NCBI GenBank assembly: GCA_021814605.1
Contig: JAKAIB010000002.1
Location: forward strand, 1-62,024
DNA from: Pseudomonadota bacterium
GTDB taxonomy: Bacteria; Pseudomonadota; Gammaproteobacteria; Burkholderiales; Burkholderiaceae_C
DNA: 62,024 nucleotides
Direction of reading: 5' to 3'
In this document: positions 9,155 to 17,938 of the stretch, piece after piece
Layout of the letters: every line of letters begins with the position of its first letter
How positions within the stretch are numbered: the stretch's first letter is position 1
Notes under the pieces: model-generated
What the model saw: the letters and a program-made list of their open reading frames with translations, nothing else
What the model was told of the DNA's origin: nothing
The model's database searches: none
Position numbers and translations under genes: made by a program

Positions 9155-10132
9155 TCAGGACGCGGCGTGCAGGCGCGGCATCGCATCCATCCTCCCCGCC
9201 GCCATCGCGGTCCTGATCTCCGTCCCGATCTGCCGCAGGGCGATCGGCGCGTACGGCACGAGTCCGCCCAGCGCGTAGAACAGATGGACCATGCCGGCAT
9301 GACAGGTGTGCCGGACCGCGACGCCGCTCGCGCGCAGCCGGTCGGCATAGGCCAGGCCTTCGTCGCGTAACGGATCGAATTCCGCCGTGTGGATATAGGC
9401 CGGCGGCTGTCCGCCGAGACCGACGCCACGCAACGGCGATACGTGCGGGTGCGCTGCGTCGCGACCGGGCGGCAGATAGTGTGCCAGTTCCTCGCGCATC
9501 ATGGCGCGATCGACCAGGTAGCCCTCGGCGAAAGCAGCGCGGGACGGCGTCTCCCCAGCCCAGTCTAGGATCGGGCAGAGCAGCAATTGCAGCACCGGCC
9601 GCACCCGCCGCGTCGTCGCGGCGTGCTGGCACGCCACGGCGGCGAGCGTGCCGCCGGCGGAATCGCCCGCGATCCCGATGCGCGCGGGATCGAGGCCCAG
9701 TTGGTCCGCATGCCGGCTCGCCCACACCATCGCCGCACAGGCATCCTCGACCGCCGCCGGATAGGGATGCTCGGGAGCCAGGCGATAGTTCACGGCGATC
9801 AGCCGGCACGCGGTCTCGTGGCAGAGGGCGCGGCAGAGCGGATCGTGCGTCTCCAGATCGCCGGCGATCATCCCGCCGCCGTGGAAAAACACGAGACCGG
9901 GCAGCCGGCCGCCTTCTGCGCCAAGCGGCGTGTAGGCACGGTACCGCAGAGGGCCGGCCGGACCGGGCAGCACGCCGTCCTCGATCCGCGCGACGTGCGC
10001 GCCGGATCCGGCGAAGGCCATCAGCCGGCCGAACGCCGCGCGACGCTGCGCGACACTCGTCCCCGATGTGCCGCGCGCGCCGCCGGCCGACAGCGCGTGC
10101 AGGAACCGCCGCACATGCGGATCAAGCGCCAT
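9155..10132 (-). CDS. Alpha/beta hydrolase, HSL (family IV) esterase/lipase
   Basis: FFHGGG oxyanion motif, YRLAPEHPYP, GDSAGG nucleophile elbow, DPLRDEG and the catalytic His region (GMVHLF). Confidence 0.93.
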   Translation of the reverse strand: MALDPHVRRFLHALSAGGARGTSGTSVAQRRAAFGRLMAFAGSGAHVARIEDGVLPGPAGPLRYRAYTPLGAEGGRLPGLVFFHGGGMIAGDLETHDPLCRALCHETACRLIAVNYRLAPEHPYPAAVEDACAAMVWASRHADQLGLDPARIGIAGDSAGGTLAAVACQHAATTRRVRPVLQLLLCPILDWAGETPSRAAFAEGYLVDRAMMREELAHYLPPGRDAAHPHVSPLRGVGLGGQPPAYIHTAEFDPLRDEGLAYADRLRASGVAVRHTCHAGMVHLFYALGGLVPYAPIALRQIGTEIRTAMAAGRMDAMPRLHAAS

Positions 10133-10177
10133 GCGCGCCCACCGTCGCAGCGGCCAACAGGACGCGGCAGCGCCGCA

Positions 10178-11125
10178 TCACAGGCCGAGCAGCTCGCGCA
10201 CCGCGCGCGGCCATCCGCCGATGTCCACGCCATGCCTGGCAAACATCGCGACCGCCAGACGGTCCATCCCGAAGGCAACGCAGCCGGTATGGGCGACCGC
10301 GCCGTCCTCGTCGTGGATTCCCCAGGTCGTGCCGAAATGGTCGCGGTGATAATTGAAGCTCATGCACGCCGTCGGCCGCTCGGCCGAGTGAATCGGCACC
10401 AGCAGCTCGAATTTCAGCGCCTGCTGAATCTGGCTGACCGCCTTCATCCGGCCTTCGCGGCCGAAGAAGGGATCGTTGGCCGGTGCGATGTCGGCGTCCA
10501 GGCCCAGCGCCGCGGCAAGCTCGCGCCCGCGCTCGATCCAGCGCGTGCGGAACGCCAGGATGTCGTCGGGCTGGCCGATGCAGACGAATTCGCGCATACG
10601 GAAGGACTGCAGCCGGTCGAGGTCACGCGACGGCTCGTGGCGGAAGCAGTCGCAGGCGATGTCGAACCGCCAGCCGCCGCGCGGCATCGCCCCGCGCGCC
10701 GCCGCCAGCGGATAGACCGGGTAGCAGGCGGCCGGCGACAGCACGAGATCGGCCGGGGAGAGCGAGGTCGTCCAGGACCCGCCCGCCTCGAAGCGCCGCA
10801 CCGCGTCCTGGATGTCGGCGACACTGCCGTGAAGGGCGCAGACACAACCGAGAAGATTGGGAAAGCTGTTGAGGTAGCCGGACTTCTCCAGGTCGCGCCG
10901 GCTCATCACCGGCGGAAAGCGCAGCACCTCGGCATCCTCGGGCCGGTGCCGCGTGATCAGCGCGGCGAGACGCTCGACCACGTTTTCGTACACGCCCGTG
11001 CGCGCATAGACGCCGTCCACGCCCATCGGCCGGAACAGCGCCGCCGCCAGCGCCTCCTGCGGGTCGGCCGGCGCGTCCTTCACGAGATCCACGGCGTCCA
11101 TGTTCATGTCCATGTCCGATGCCAC
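10178..11125 (-). CDS. Amino acid--[acyl-carrier-protein] ligase (atypical seryl-tRNA synthetase catalytic-domain homolog)
   Basis: Class II aaRS motif 2 (CFRHEPS..RLQSFRMREF) and motif 3 (HTGCVAFGMDRL), plus LSPAACYPVYP and ACMSFNYH. Lacks a tRNA-binding coiled coil. Start is GTG 11125 or ATG 11113. Confidence 0.92.
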   Translation of the reverse strand: MASDMDMNMDAVDLVKDAPADPQEALAAALFRPMGVDGVYARTGVYENVVERLAALITRHRPEDAEVLRFPPVMSRRDLEKSGYLNSFPNLLGCVCALHGSVADIQDAVRRFEAGGSWTTSLSPADLVLSPAACYPVYPLAAARGAMPRGGWRFDIACDCFRHEPSRDLDRLQSFRMREFVCIGQPDDILAFRTRWIERGRELAAALGLDADIAPANDPFFGREGRMKAVSQIQQALKFELLVPIHSAERPTACMSFNYHRDHFGTTWGIHDEDGAVAHTGCVAFGMDRLAVAMFARHGVDIGGWPRAVRELLGL

Positions 11126-11148
11126 CTTCGCCCCGCGTTGCGCGCCGA

Positions 11149-12387
11149 TCAGTCGATGCCGCCCGGAACCGCCGCCATCAGCATGGTTCCCGCGAGATTG
11201 CCGAGAATGCGGTCGTTGCTGATCATGATCGGCGACGACAGGACGTCGCGCAGCGCGCGTCCGATGCTGAACTCTGAATCGTTGCGGTAGCCCGCCAGCC
11301 CGCACACCCGCGCGGTGTTCAATACGATGGCGACGGCGAGTTCGGAGGCCTCGACCTTGGTCAGGTTCATCATCGCCTGGAACTCGAGCGCGCCGAGCGC
11401 CTGCCCATCGCCGGCGATCCGCTCATAGGCGCGCAGCGAGGATGCGATCACGCCGCGCAGCGTGCGCAGCGAGGCGGTCGCCTTGGTGAAATGCGCGGCA
11501 CCCGGCGGCATCGTCCCGCCGCTGTGGCGGGCCGCGTGGCGGACGAAGGCGCGCGCCCGTTCGACCGCGCCCGCCGCGATGCCGGCCCAGGTGGCCGACC
11601 AGGCGAGATGCGACACCGGCACCATGCTCTGCGGATGGATCCGCTCGTACGGCTCCGGCAGGATCTGCTCGGCGCTGCCGGCGGCGCGCAGCTTGAAGCC
11701 CGAGCTGCAGGTGCCGCGCATGCCCAGCGCGTCCCAGCCGACCAGCGGTTCGAGCGAATAGTCCTCCTTGAGAAAGGCCACCAGCACCTGGTCGGAGGCC
11801 GGCGCATCGGCGCTGCGCCGCGCCGTCGTCAGGATGGCGTCCGCCTGTTCGCCGTAGGAGACGACGGTGGCCGCGCGCTCCAGCCGGATGCCGCCGTCGG
11901 CGTATTCGACCGGGGCCGCGCTGGCGCGGACATTGCCGCCGCCCTGGCCCTCGGTGGTCGAGGAGGCGAGCAGCAGTTGCTCGCCGGCGACGCGGCGCAG
12001 CAGGGCGCGGTGCCAGGGGTGGTCATGGCCGTGCCGCGACAGGCAGGCGAGACAGGCCTGATGCATGGCATAGATCATCGCCGTCGACGAGCAGGCCTGG
12101 CCGAGCCGGTAGCAGATATCGACCACATCCGAGAGATCAGCCCCCTCGCCGCCGAGATCGGACGGGATCATGATGCCGAGCAGGCGCTGCGCGCGCAGGG
12201 CGGCAAATGCTTCCTCGGGAAAGCGAGCCTCGCGGTCCACCGCCCCCGCCCATTCCGCCGCGACCACGGCCACCGTTTCAGTCCGGGCCTTCAGGTCGCG
12301 CCGCCAGAGCTCGCGAGCCGCCTCGCTGCCGGACCCCTGCGGCTTGTCCTCCGCGAGCGGCTCCACAATCCTGCTGTTGGTGTCCAT
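11149..12387 (-). CDS. Acyl-CoA/acyl-CP dehydrogenase family protein
   Basis: VDREARFPEEAF, IPSDLGGEG, WDALGMRGTCS and LTKVEASE motifs of the ACAD fold. Directly upstream of the aa:CP ligase. Confidence 0.9.
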   Translation of the reverse strand: MDTNSRIVEPLAEDKPQGSGSEAARELWRRDLKARTETVAVVAAEWAGAVDREARFPEEAFAALRAQRLLGIMIPSDLGGEGADLSDVVDICYRLGQACSSTAMIYAMHQACLACLSRHGHDHPWHRALLRRVAGEQLLLASSTTEGQGGGNVRASAAPVEYADGGIRLERAATVVSYGEQADAILTTARRSADAPASDQVLVAFLKEDYSLEPLVGWDALGMRGTCSSGFKLRAAGSAEQILPEPYERIHPQSMVPVSHLAWSATWAGIAAGAVERARAFVRHAARHSGGTMPPGAAHFTKATASLRTLRGVIASSLRAYERIAGDGQALGALEFQAMMNLTKVEASELAVAIVLNTARVCGLAGYRNDSEFSIGRALRDVLSSPIMISNDRILGNLAGTMLMAAVPGGID

Positions 12388-12479
12388 GCTCAGCTCACCC
12401 TGAAAGGCCCGGCGACCGGGCTATATGACGGCTGCGATACGGTCCGATGTAGTCGGCGGCGCGTGCGATGATCGTCCTG

Positions 12480-12605
12480 CGGCTGATGCACACCCTCAGG
12501 TCAGATCGTCCTGATTATTCAATCGTCACGTCATCCCATTTAATGCGTTTGCAACTCTCTGTCCAACTGATTTTAACATCGTATATGCATTTAATCGCAC
12601 CAAAC
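12480..12605 (-). promoter_or_regulatory. AT-rich intergenic region, probable promoter of the ACAD-ligase-hydrolase-deacetylase run
   Basis: Local AT-rich stretch with two CATTTAAT copies upstream of the ACAD gene. No specific site could be assigned. Confidence 0.4.
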
Positions 12606-12664
12606 GGCACGGTGGCGGCCACACATCAGGCTTCAGGCGTGCGCCCGGGCGGATCCTGCGCCGG

Positions 12665-13894
12665 TCACGGGCTGACGGATCCCCGCTGCTGTTGCGCCAG
12701 ATACCAAGGCACCAGCGACAAGCCGGCCCATCCCCCCGGGTTGAGCGTCTGCTCGAACCGCGCCCGGATCGTCGTGTCAAAGGGTGCGAGCGCGGGCCAC
12801 CACCGCCCCGTGGCGATCGCGGTACGCACCAGGCGGTCGATATCCGCAGCGGTGAACACGATATCGTGTTGCCAGGCCACGATCATCGCATTCACGTCGA
12901 TCCCGTAATAGCCGGGATTGGGATGGACGCCGACCCAGTGTTTGGGAATGCCGACAGCCCGGTAGTCCCACGGCCCCGCCGGTTGCCAGTAATTCCAGAT
13001 CCGGTACGTGCCGTCGGCCCGCGGGTGCAGCCGAGACTTCATCACCCGGAACCAGGCGGCCGCCCGATCGCGATAGGCGGGCTCACCAGTCGCGTCGGTC
13101 ATCGCCAGCAGCCAGAGCGCGACCAGATTGGCCTTGTTATCCGGGTGGGAGAAGCCGACGCGCAGGTCGTCGATGTCCCGCACCCCCTCCGTCCATCGTC
13201 CCGTCCTGCGGTCGATGCCGTAGGGAAGCTCCACCGAGATCATGCCGTCGCCGGCGCGGCGCCAGGCACCGCGCCGGTCCCATTTCTCGAACGCACGGCG
13301 GGCCACAAGCATATGGTCACGAGCCGTCCGGCCAAACCGCCCCTCCAACGCCGGCGTCCGCAAGATTGCCGCCGCGGCCAACACCACCGGCCGCAAGGCC
13401 ATGGCCTCGCCCAGCAGGCTGTCGGCATAGAAGCTGTCGAGATCGTCCACATCGGTCCCGGCCGCGCCGACCTTCGGCCAGCCGACATATCCGTCCGGTT
13501 CCACCACGCCGCGCCGCAGCCAGGCATCTGTCCAGTCGATCAGTCGCGCGATCCAATCGGCATCGCCGGTCACGAGGTAACCGTAGTAAAATCCTTCGAG
13601 CAGCGGCGAGATCAGCCAGCCGATCTGCTCGCCCATGGCGGTGTCGCAATAGCGGTTCCGCGCCTCAGCGAGGATGTTCCGCCGCCACTGCTCCAGCCAT
13701 GCGGCCCGCTGGCCCGGGTCGATCGTCAGTGCCGTCCCGGCTGCCGCCGACGCGCCCGACATGCGCCCCGATGTCAGGACGGCCATTGCGGCGAAGGCGG
13801 CCAGCAGTTCCCGCCGAAGCAAGGAGACATGTCCCTGGCACGGGCGACCGACCCGCGTACCTGGGCCGGTCCCGGCACGCCACGTATTGCGCAT
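12665..13894 (-). CDS. Putative Tat-exported alpha/alpha-barrel-like carbohydrate-modifying protein (hypothetical)
   Basis: Twin-arginine-like signal LLRRELLAAFAAMAVL...GASAAA. Trp/Tyr-rich helical body (LVTGDADWI, DATGEPAYRDRA). ATG at 13894 overlaps the upstream stop (TAATG). Confidence 0.55.
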   Translation of the reverse strand: MRNTWRAGTGPGTRVGRPCQGHVSLLRRELLAAFAAMAVLTSGRMSGASAAAGTALTIDPGQRAAWLEQWRRNILAEARNRYCDTAMGEQIGWLISPLLEGFYYGYLVTGDADWIARLIDWTDAWLRRGVVEPDGYVGWPKVGAAGTDVDDLDSFYADSLLGEAMALRPVVLAAAAILRTPALEGRFGRTARDHMLVARRAFEKWDRRGAWRRAGDGMISVELPYGIDRRTGRWTEGVRDIDDLRVGFSHPDNKANLVALWLLAMTDATGEPAYRDRAAAWFRVMKSRLHPRADGTYRIWNYWQPAGPWDYRAVGIPKHWVGVHPNPGYYGIDVNAMIVAWQHDIVFTAADIDRLVRTAIATGRWWPALAPFDTTIRARFEQTLNPGGWAGLSLVPWYLAQQQRGSVSP

Positions 13895-14727
13895 TACCGT
13901 GTCGCACGTCCGACCGGGCGCCAATGCACCGGTCCCTGGCTTTCGTTCTCGCCAAAGCGCCGCCCGGCGAGAATGTATTGCTTGGCAAGACGATCGCGCA
14001 GGCGCCCGAGCGTCAACCGATCGAGCAAGGCCGTGCGTCGGCCGTCGAAGCCCGTCAGCAGTCCCGTCCGAACATGCAGCCCCGCCCCGTTGAGCAGTGC
14101 GATTGCCGAGTCCCGCACGAAGAAACGGAGGTGTGTGCGGTCAAGAATGCCCGCGTCGCCATATTTGAACGCTCCGCGCAGCAGCAGCGGCATCGACACC
14201 GACAGATGGGCAATGTTGGGCACTGAGACGATCACGGTCGCATGCGGCGCCATCACCGACGTGATGTTCCGCAGCAGGCCCCATGGGTCCGCAAGATGCT
14301 CCAGTACGTCCAGCAGGAGCACCAGATCCGGCGCGCCGATCTCGGGAAGTCTCCCGTTCAGGTCGACGATATGAACCTCATCGCAATTCGCTCGAAGTTC
14401 CGCTTCAAGCGCTGGATTGCCTTCCATGGCGACCGTCCGCGAACCCTGATAGCGGGCGCGCAGCCACACGGAGGTCGCGCCTACCCCAGCCCCCACATCG
14501 AGGATGCGCGAAGCACTCGCCGGCAGCAGCGGAAGAATCTCCTGGCGGACGAAGCGGAAATACCGTGCAGGAACCCCGGCAAGCGCAACCCCGGATGGAA
14601 TCCGACGCCCCTTCTCGCGACCTGACGCCTCCGTTTGCCCTATCGGACCCGCGGGCCAGCTGTGGTCGACCGTTTTATCCTTCTGCACAATGCAACCAAC
14701 GGGCACCGCACCGTCACGAATGCTCAT
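13894..14727 (-). CDS. Class I SAM-dependent methyltransferase (polysaccharide-associated type)
   Basis: ILDVGAGVG, DVLEHLADP, VSVPNIAH and GILDRTHLRFF motifs. Confidence 0.88.
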   Translation of the reverse strand: MSIRDGAVPVGCIVQKDKTVDHSWPAGPIGQTEASGREKGRRIPSGVALAGVPARYFRFVRQEILPLLPASASRILDVGAGVGATSVWLRARYQGSRTVAMEGNPALEAELRANCDEVHIVDLNGRLPEIGAPDLVLLLDVLEHLADPWGLLRNITSVMAPHATVIVSVPNIAHLSVSMPLLLRGAFKYGDAGILDRTHLRFFVRDSAIALLNGAGLHVRTGLLTGFDGRRTALLDRLTLGRLRDRLAKQYILAGRRFGENESQGPVHWRPVGRATR

Positions 14728-14829
14728 GGGTCACCAACTCCGCCTTCTCCTTGGGTTCTCACTCGATCTGCAAGCGCGCGTACCGTGCATGCACTCCGGT
14801 CGCCAGCCTTCGCCACGCGGAACTCTGCG

Positions 14830-15666
14830 CTACCCGCGCCTCGTCGTCGCCCGTTCCAGCATTTCACCGGCGAGAATGCCCGCATAGGCGACGTTGGTGG
14901 TCAGATACCGCCGCCACATCCGTCGCGGTTCCTGCAGCGTACGGTACAGCCACTCGAAGCCGCTGCGCTGCCACGCCGCCGGCGCGCGGCGCACCAGACC
15001 CGCCAGCACGTCGATTCCGCCGCCCACCCCCATGACGAACGGCACACCGAGCGCGGCGCGATGTGCCGCCATGAAGCGCTCCTTACGCGGCGTCGGCATC
15101 CCCACGAACAGGCAATCCGCACCGCTGTCGCGGATCGCGGTGACGACGCCAGGTTCCTCCGCCGCGGTGAAGTAACCGTCGCGGCGGCCGGCCAGCCGCA
15201 GGTTGGGATGGCGCTCCGCCAGCCTCTCCACCGCCGTCGCGAGAACCTCCGGGCGCGCGCCTAGCAGGTACGGGCGGAAGCCTTCGTCGGCACACAGCTT
15301 CAGGATGCGCTCCATCAGGTCCACACCCGCAACGCGCTCGGGCACCGGAAGGCCGAGACAGCGCGCACCGATCAGGATTCCCATGCCGTCAACGCCGACG
15401 AGGTCGGCGCCGAACACATCGGCCCGAAGATCGGCGTCTTTGCGCAGGTTGACCAGCTTGGCCACGTTAAGGGCCACGTGCTGCAGCGGCCGGCGCTCCC
15501 GCATCGCCGCGGCGACCTCCTCCAGCGTCTCCTGCATCGTCAGTGGATGGATCGGCACATCAAAGAAGCGCACTGGGGCCTTGGCGCATCGCAGCGCCCC
15601 GATCCCGCTGCATGTCGCGTCGCCCAGGAGCACCGCCGCCGGAAGTTCGGGTGACGCCTGCATCAT
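14830..15666 (-). CDS. WecB/TagA/CpsF (GT26, WecG/HfsJ-like) glycosyltransferase
   Basis: DGMGIL..AR, ERVAGVDL, RDGYF, FVGMPTPRKE, GVGGGIDV and EWLYRTLQEPRRMWRRY motifs. Start lies just after the wzc stop. Confidence 0.93.
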   Translation of the reverse strand: MMQASPELPAAVLLGDATCSGIGALRCAKAPVRFFDVPIHPLTMQETLEEVAAAMRERRPLQHVALNVAKLVNLRKDADLRADVFGADLVGVDGMGILIGARCLGLPVPERVAGVDLMERILKLCADEGFRPYLLGARPEVLATAVERLAERHPNLRLAGRRDGYFTAAEEPGVVTAIRDSGADCLFVGMPTPRKERFMAAHRAALGVPFVMGVGGGIDVLAGLVRRAPAAWQRSGFEWLYRTLQEPRRMWRRYLTTNVAYAGILAGEMLERATTRRG

Positions 15667-15667
15667 C

Positions 15668-17938
15668 TCACGCCCGATAGGGCCGCGCTGCCCGGCCGGT
15701 GCTGTTGTACCCGTATTCATATTGGTTGGCCTTCGCCAGATCGATCTTGTTGAGCATCATCCCGACCAGCGGCGCATCGACCATGCGCAACGCCTTGACC
15801 GCCTGGTCCACGAGATCGCGCGCCGTCGCGCGCCACTGCACGACCAGGATCGTCGCATCCGCGCACTTGCCGAGCACGAGCGCATCCGACACCGCCAGCA
15901 CCGGTGGGCTGTCGAGGATGACCAGGTCAAAGTTTCGGGATAGTTCGTCCATCAGTGCAGCGAACTTCGCAGAGCCGATCGCGTCCGGCTCCGGCAGCAG
16001 CGCCGAACCTGATCCTATGATCGTCAGCGGCAGTTGCGGGTGATCGCGCAGCGCGGAACGCCAGGCGATGCCACCGCTCAGCACGTCGCTCAGGCCTTCA
16101 TCACGCTGCATGCCGAACATCGTCGAGACGGACGAGAACCGCACATCGGCATCCACCAGCACCGTGCGCATTCCCGCCGACGCAGAGGAGACCGCAAGGG
16201 CGGCGGCCATTGTCGATTTCCCCTCACCGGGCACGGCCGATGTAACCTGCACGATGCGCGGCGCCGCCGCCGTCGAAATGCCCAGATAGGCGCGCAACAG
16301 CCGCAGGCTTTCCGCAAAGTGCGAGAGTGGATTGCGTGTTGCGTAGTCCACGATAGTCTGCCGGCGCCGCGCAAAGGCCAGGTCGCGCCGTCGCAATAGC
16401 GGGATTGCGGCAAGCACCGGAAGGCCCATCCGCTGCTCGATGTCCGCAAGATTGATGACTCGGTTGTCGAGCAGCGTCGGTACCAGTGTCGCGGCGATTG
16501 CCAGCAGCATCAGGACGACGGAACCGGCCGCAGGCAGAAGTACGGGCTTGGGCCAGCTCGGCTGATCGGGCAGAGCGGCGCGCGAGATGATCCGGGCCTC
16601 TGGCTCCTCGTGGCCCAATTGCTGCTGCACGCTGCGCCATTGCACCAGCAGCGCGTCGTACAGTCCGCGATTGGCATCCAGCACCCGTTGCGCGTCGCGT
16701 AGCCGCACCTGCCCTTCTACGCTGGTACTCGCTGTCTCGTCCGCCTGCGCCTGCTTGAGCTGCGCCCGCAACACCTGTTCACGGTCGACGGCGCGCTGAT
16801 ACGCGCTTTCGATGCCACTCACGATCCGCGACACCTCGGCGGCGATCTGGCTTTGCAGGGCGCGTTCGTCGTCGCGCGCCTTGCGGACCGCCGCGAAGTT
16901 GTCCTTGTAGTTAAAGCGCAGCAACGCGAGCTGCTGCGCGAGCACTGCCTCGTCCTTGCGCAGCCCTTCAATCACCGGCGAGGCCGCCACCTCCGGCAGC
17001 GCATCGAGACTGCCTTTGGCCGACCGGATACGCTCGATCTGGTTCACCGCCGCACGGCGGGCCGCAACGTCCGCCTGGGCCGCCTCCAGCTGGGCATTCA
17101 GGGCGGTAAGCGATTGCTTGCCGAGGGTCGCACCGTTCGGCGCGTCGGACTGCAGCAGGCCGTATTTCTCGCGGACTGTGGCTACCGCCTCCTCGTTGCG
17201 CACCAGTTCCGCACGCAGTTCGTTCAATCGGTCCGTCAGCCACGTGCTGTCGCGCTGCGTGGCACCAGCCTTGGCGTCGATCTGGTCGGTGAGGTATGTG
17301 TCGGCCACCGCCTCGGCGAGATGTTGCGCCACCTGGGGCCGCGAGGCCGTCACCGCGATGGTCAGCACATACGTCATGCCGACCCGCTCGACCCGTAGCG
17401 CCCGGTACAGCCGGACCAGGGCGCGCTGCTGGCGCGACGCCAGATCGGTCGTCTGGATAGGCGCCTGCACGAACGGCAGGAAGCCAAGCCATTTGTGCAG
17501 CCGCGAGTCGCCCGGTGCGCCGAATTCCGGGTCGTCCGCAAGATGCTCGGCCAACACCACGCGGCCTAGCAACTCCGTCGATTCGATCACCGAGACGACG
17601 CTCGCGATCTTGGTCCCATCGACCAGGACACTGCCGAACTGTGCCTCAGCGCCGAACGTGTCGCTGCGTTTCGGATCGAGCAACACGGAGACGGTGCTGG
17701 TGTAGCGCGGCTTGATCTTCGTCTGCACGCCAAGGCCGAGCGCCGCGCCGAGGACACCAACAAGCGCGATGATCGCGGCGCGACGCCGCAACGCGCCAAG
17801 CAGCAGCTTGAAATCGATTCCCGGCGACGGCGCCTGGCGCGGCGGCGGTGCGCGATGCGCGGCGCCGTCCGGGCGACGCATGTCGCCGGTTCGGATCGAT
17901 CGGGGCCGTGACGGCGATGCGGGCAATCTAGTAGGCAT
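15668..17938 (-). CDS. wzc: Polysaccharide co-polymerase / tyrosine autokinase (Wzc/ExoP/GumC family)
   Basis: Two TM segments flanking a coiled-coil periplasmic domain. Walker A TSAVPGEGKST, ILDSPPVLAVSDA and C-terminal Tyr cluster QYEYGY. Confidence 0.92.
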   Translation of the reverse strand: MPTRLPASPSRPRSIRTGDMRRPDGAAHRAPPPRQAPSPGIDFKLLLGALRRRAAIIALVGVLGAALGLGVQTKIKPRYTSTVSVLLDPKRSDTFGAEAQFGSVLVDGTKIASVVSVIESTELLGRVVLAEHLADDPEFGAPGDSRLHKWLGFLPFVQAPIQTTDLASRQQRALVRLYRALRVERVGMTYVLTIAVTASRPQVAQHLAEAVADTYLTDQIDAKAGATQRDSTWLTDRLNELRAELVRNEEAVATVREKYGLLQSDAPNGATLGKQSLTALNAQLEAAQADVAARRAAVNQIERIRSAKGSLDALPEVAASPVIEGLRKDEAVLAQQLALLRFNYKDNFAAVRKARDDERALQSQIAAEVSRIVSGIESAYQRAVDREQVLRAQLKQAQADETASTSVEGQVRLRDAQRVLDANRGLYDALLVQWRSVQQQLGHEEPEARIISRAALPDQPSWPKPVLLPAAGSVVLMLLAIAATLVPTLLDNRVINLADIEQRMGLPVLAAIPLLRRRDLAFARRRQTIVDYATRNPLSHFAESLRLLRAYLGISTAAAPRIVQVTSAVPGEGKSTMAAALAVSSASAGMRTVLVDADVRFSSVSTMFGMQRDEGLSDVLSGGIAWRSALRDHPQLPLTIIGSGSALLPEPDAIGSAKFAALMDELSRNFDLVILDSPPVLAVSDALVLGKCADATILVVQWRATARDLVDQAVKALRMVDAPLVGMMLNKIDLAKANQYEYGYNSTGRAARPYRA

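Noticed and set aside
10178-11125. Housekeeping seryl-tRNA synthetase
   Set aside because: Too short, lacks the tRNA-binding arm, and the CP/ACAD context indicates an aa:CP ligase.
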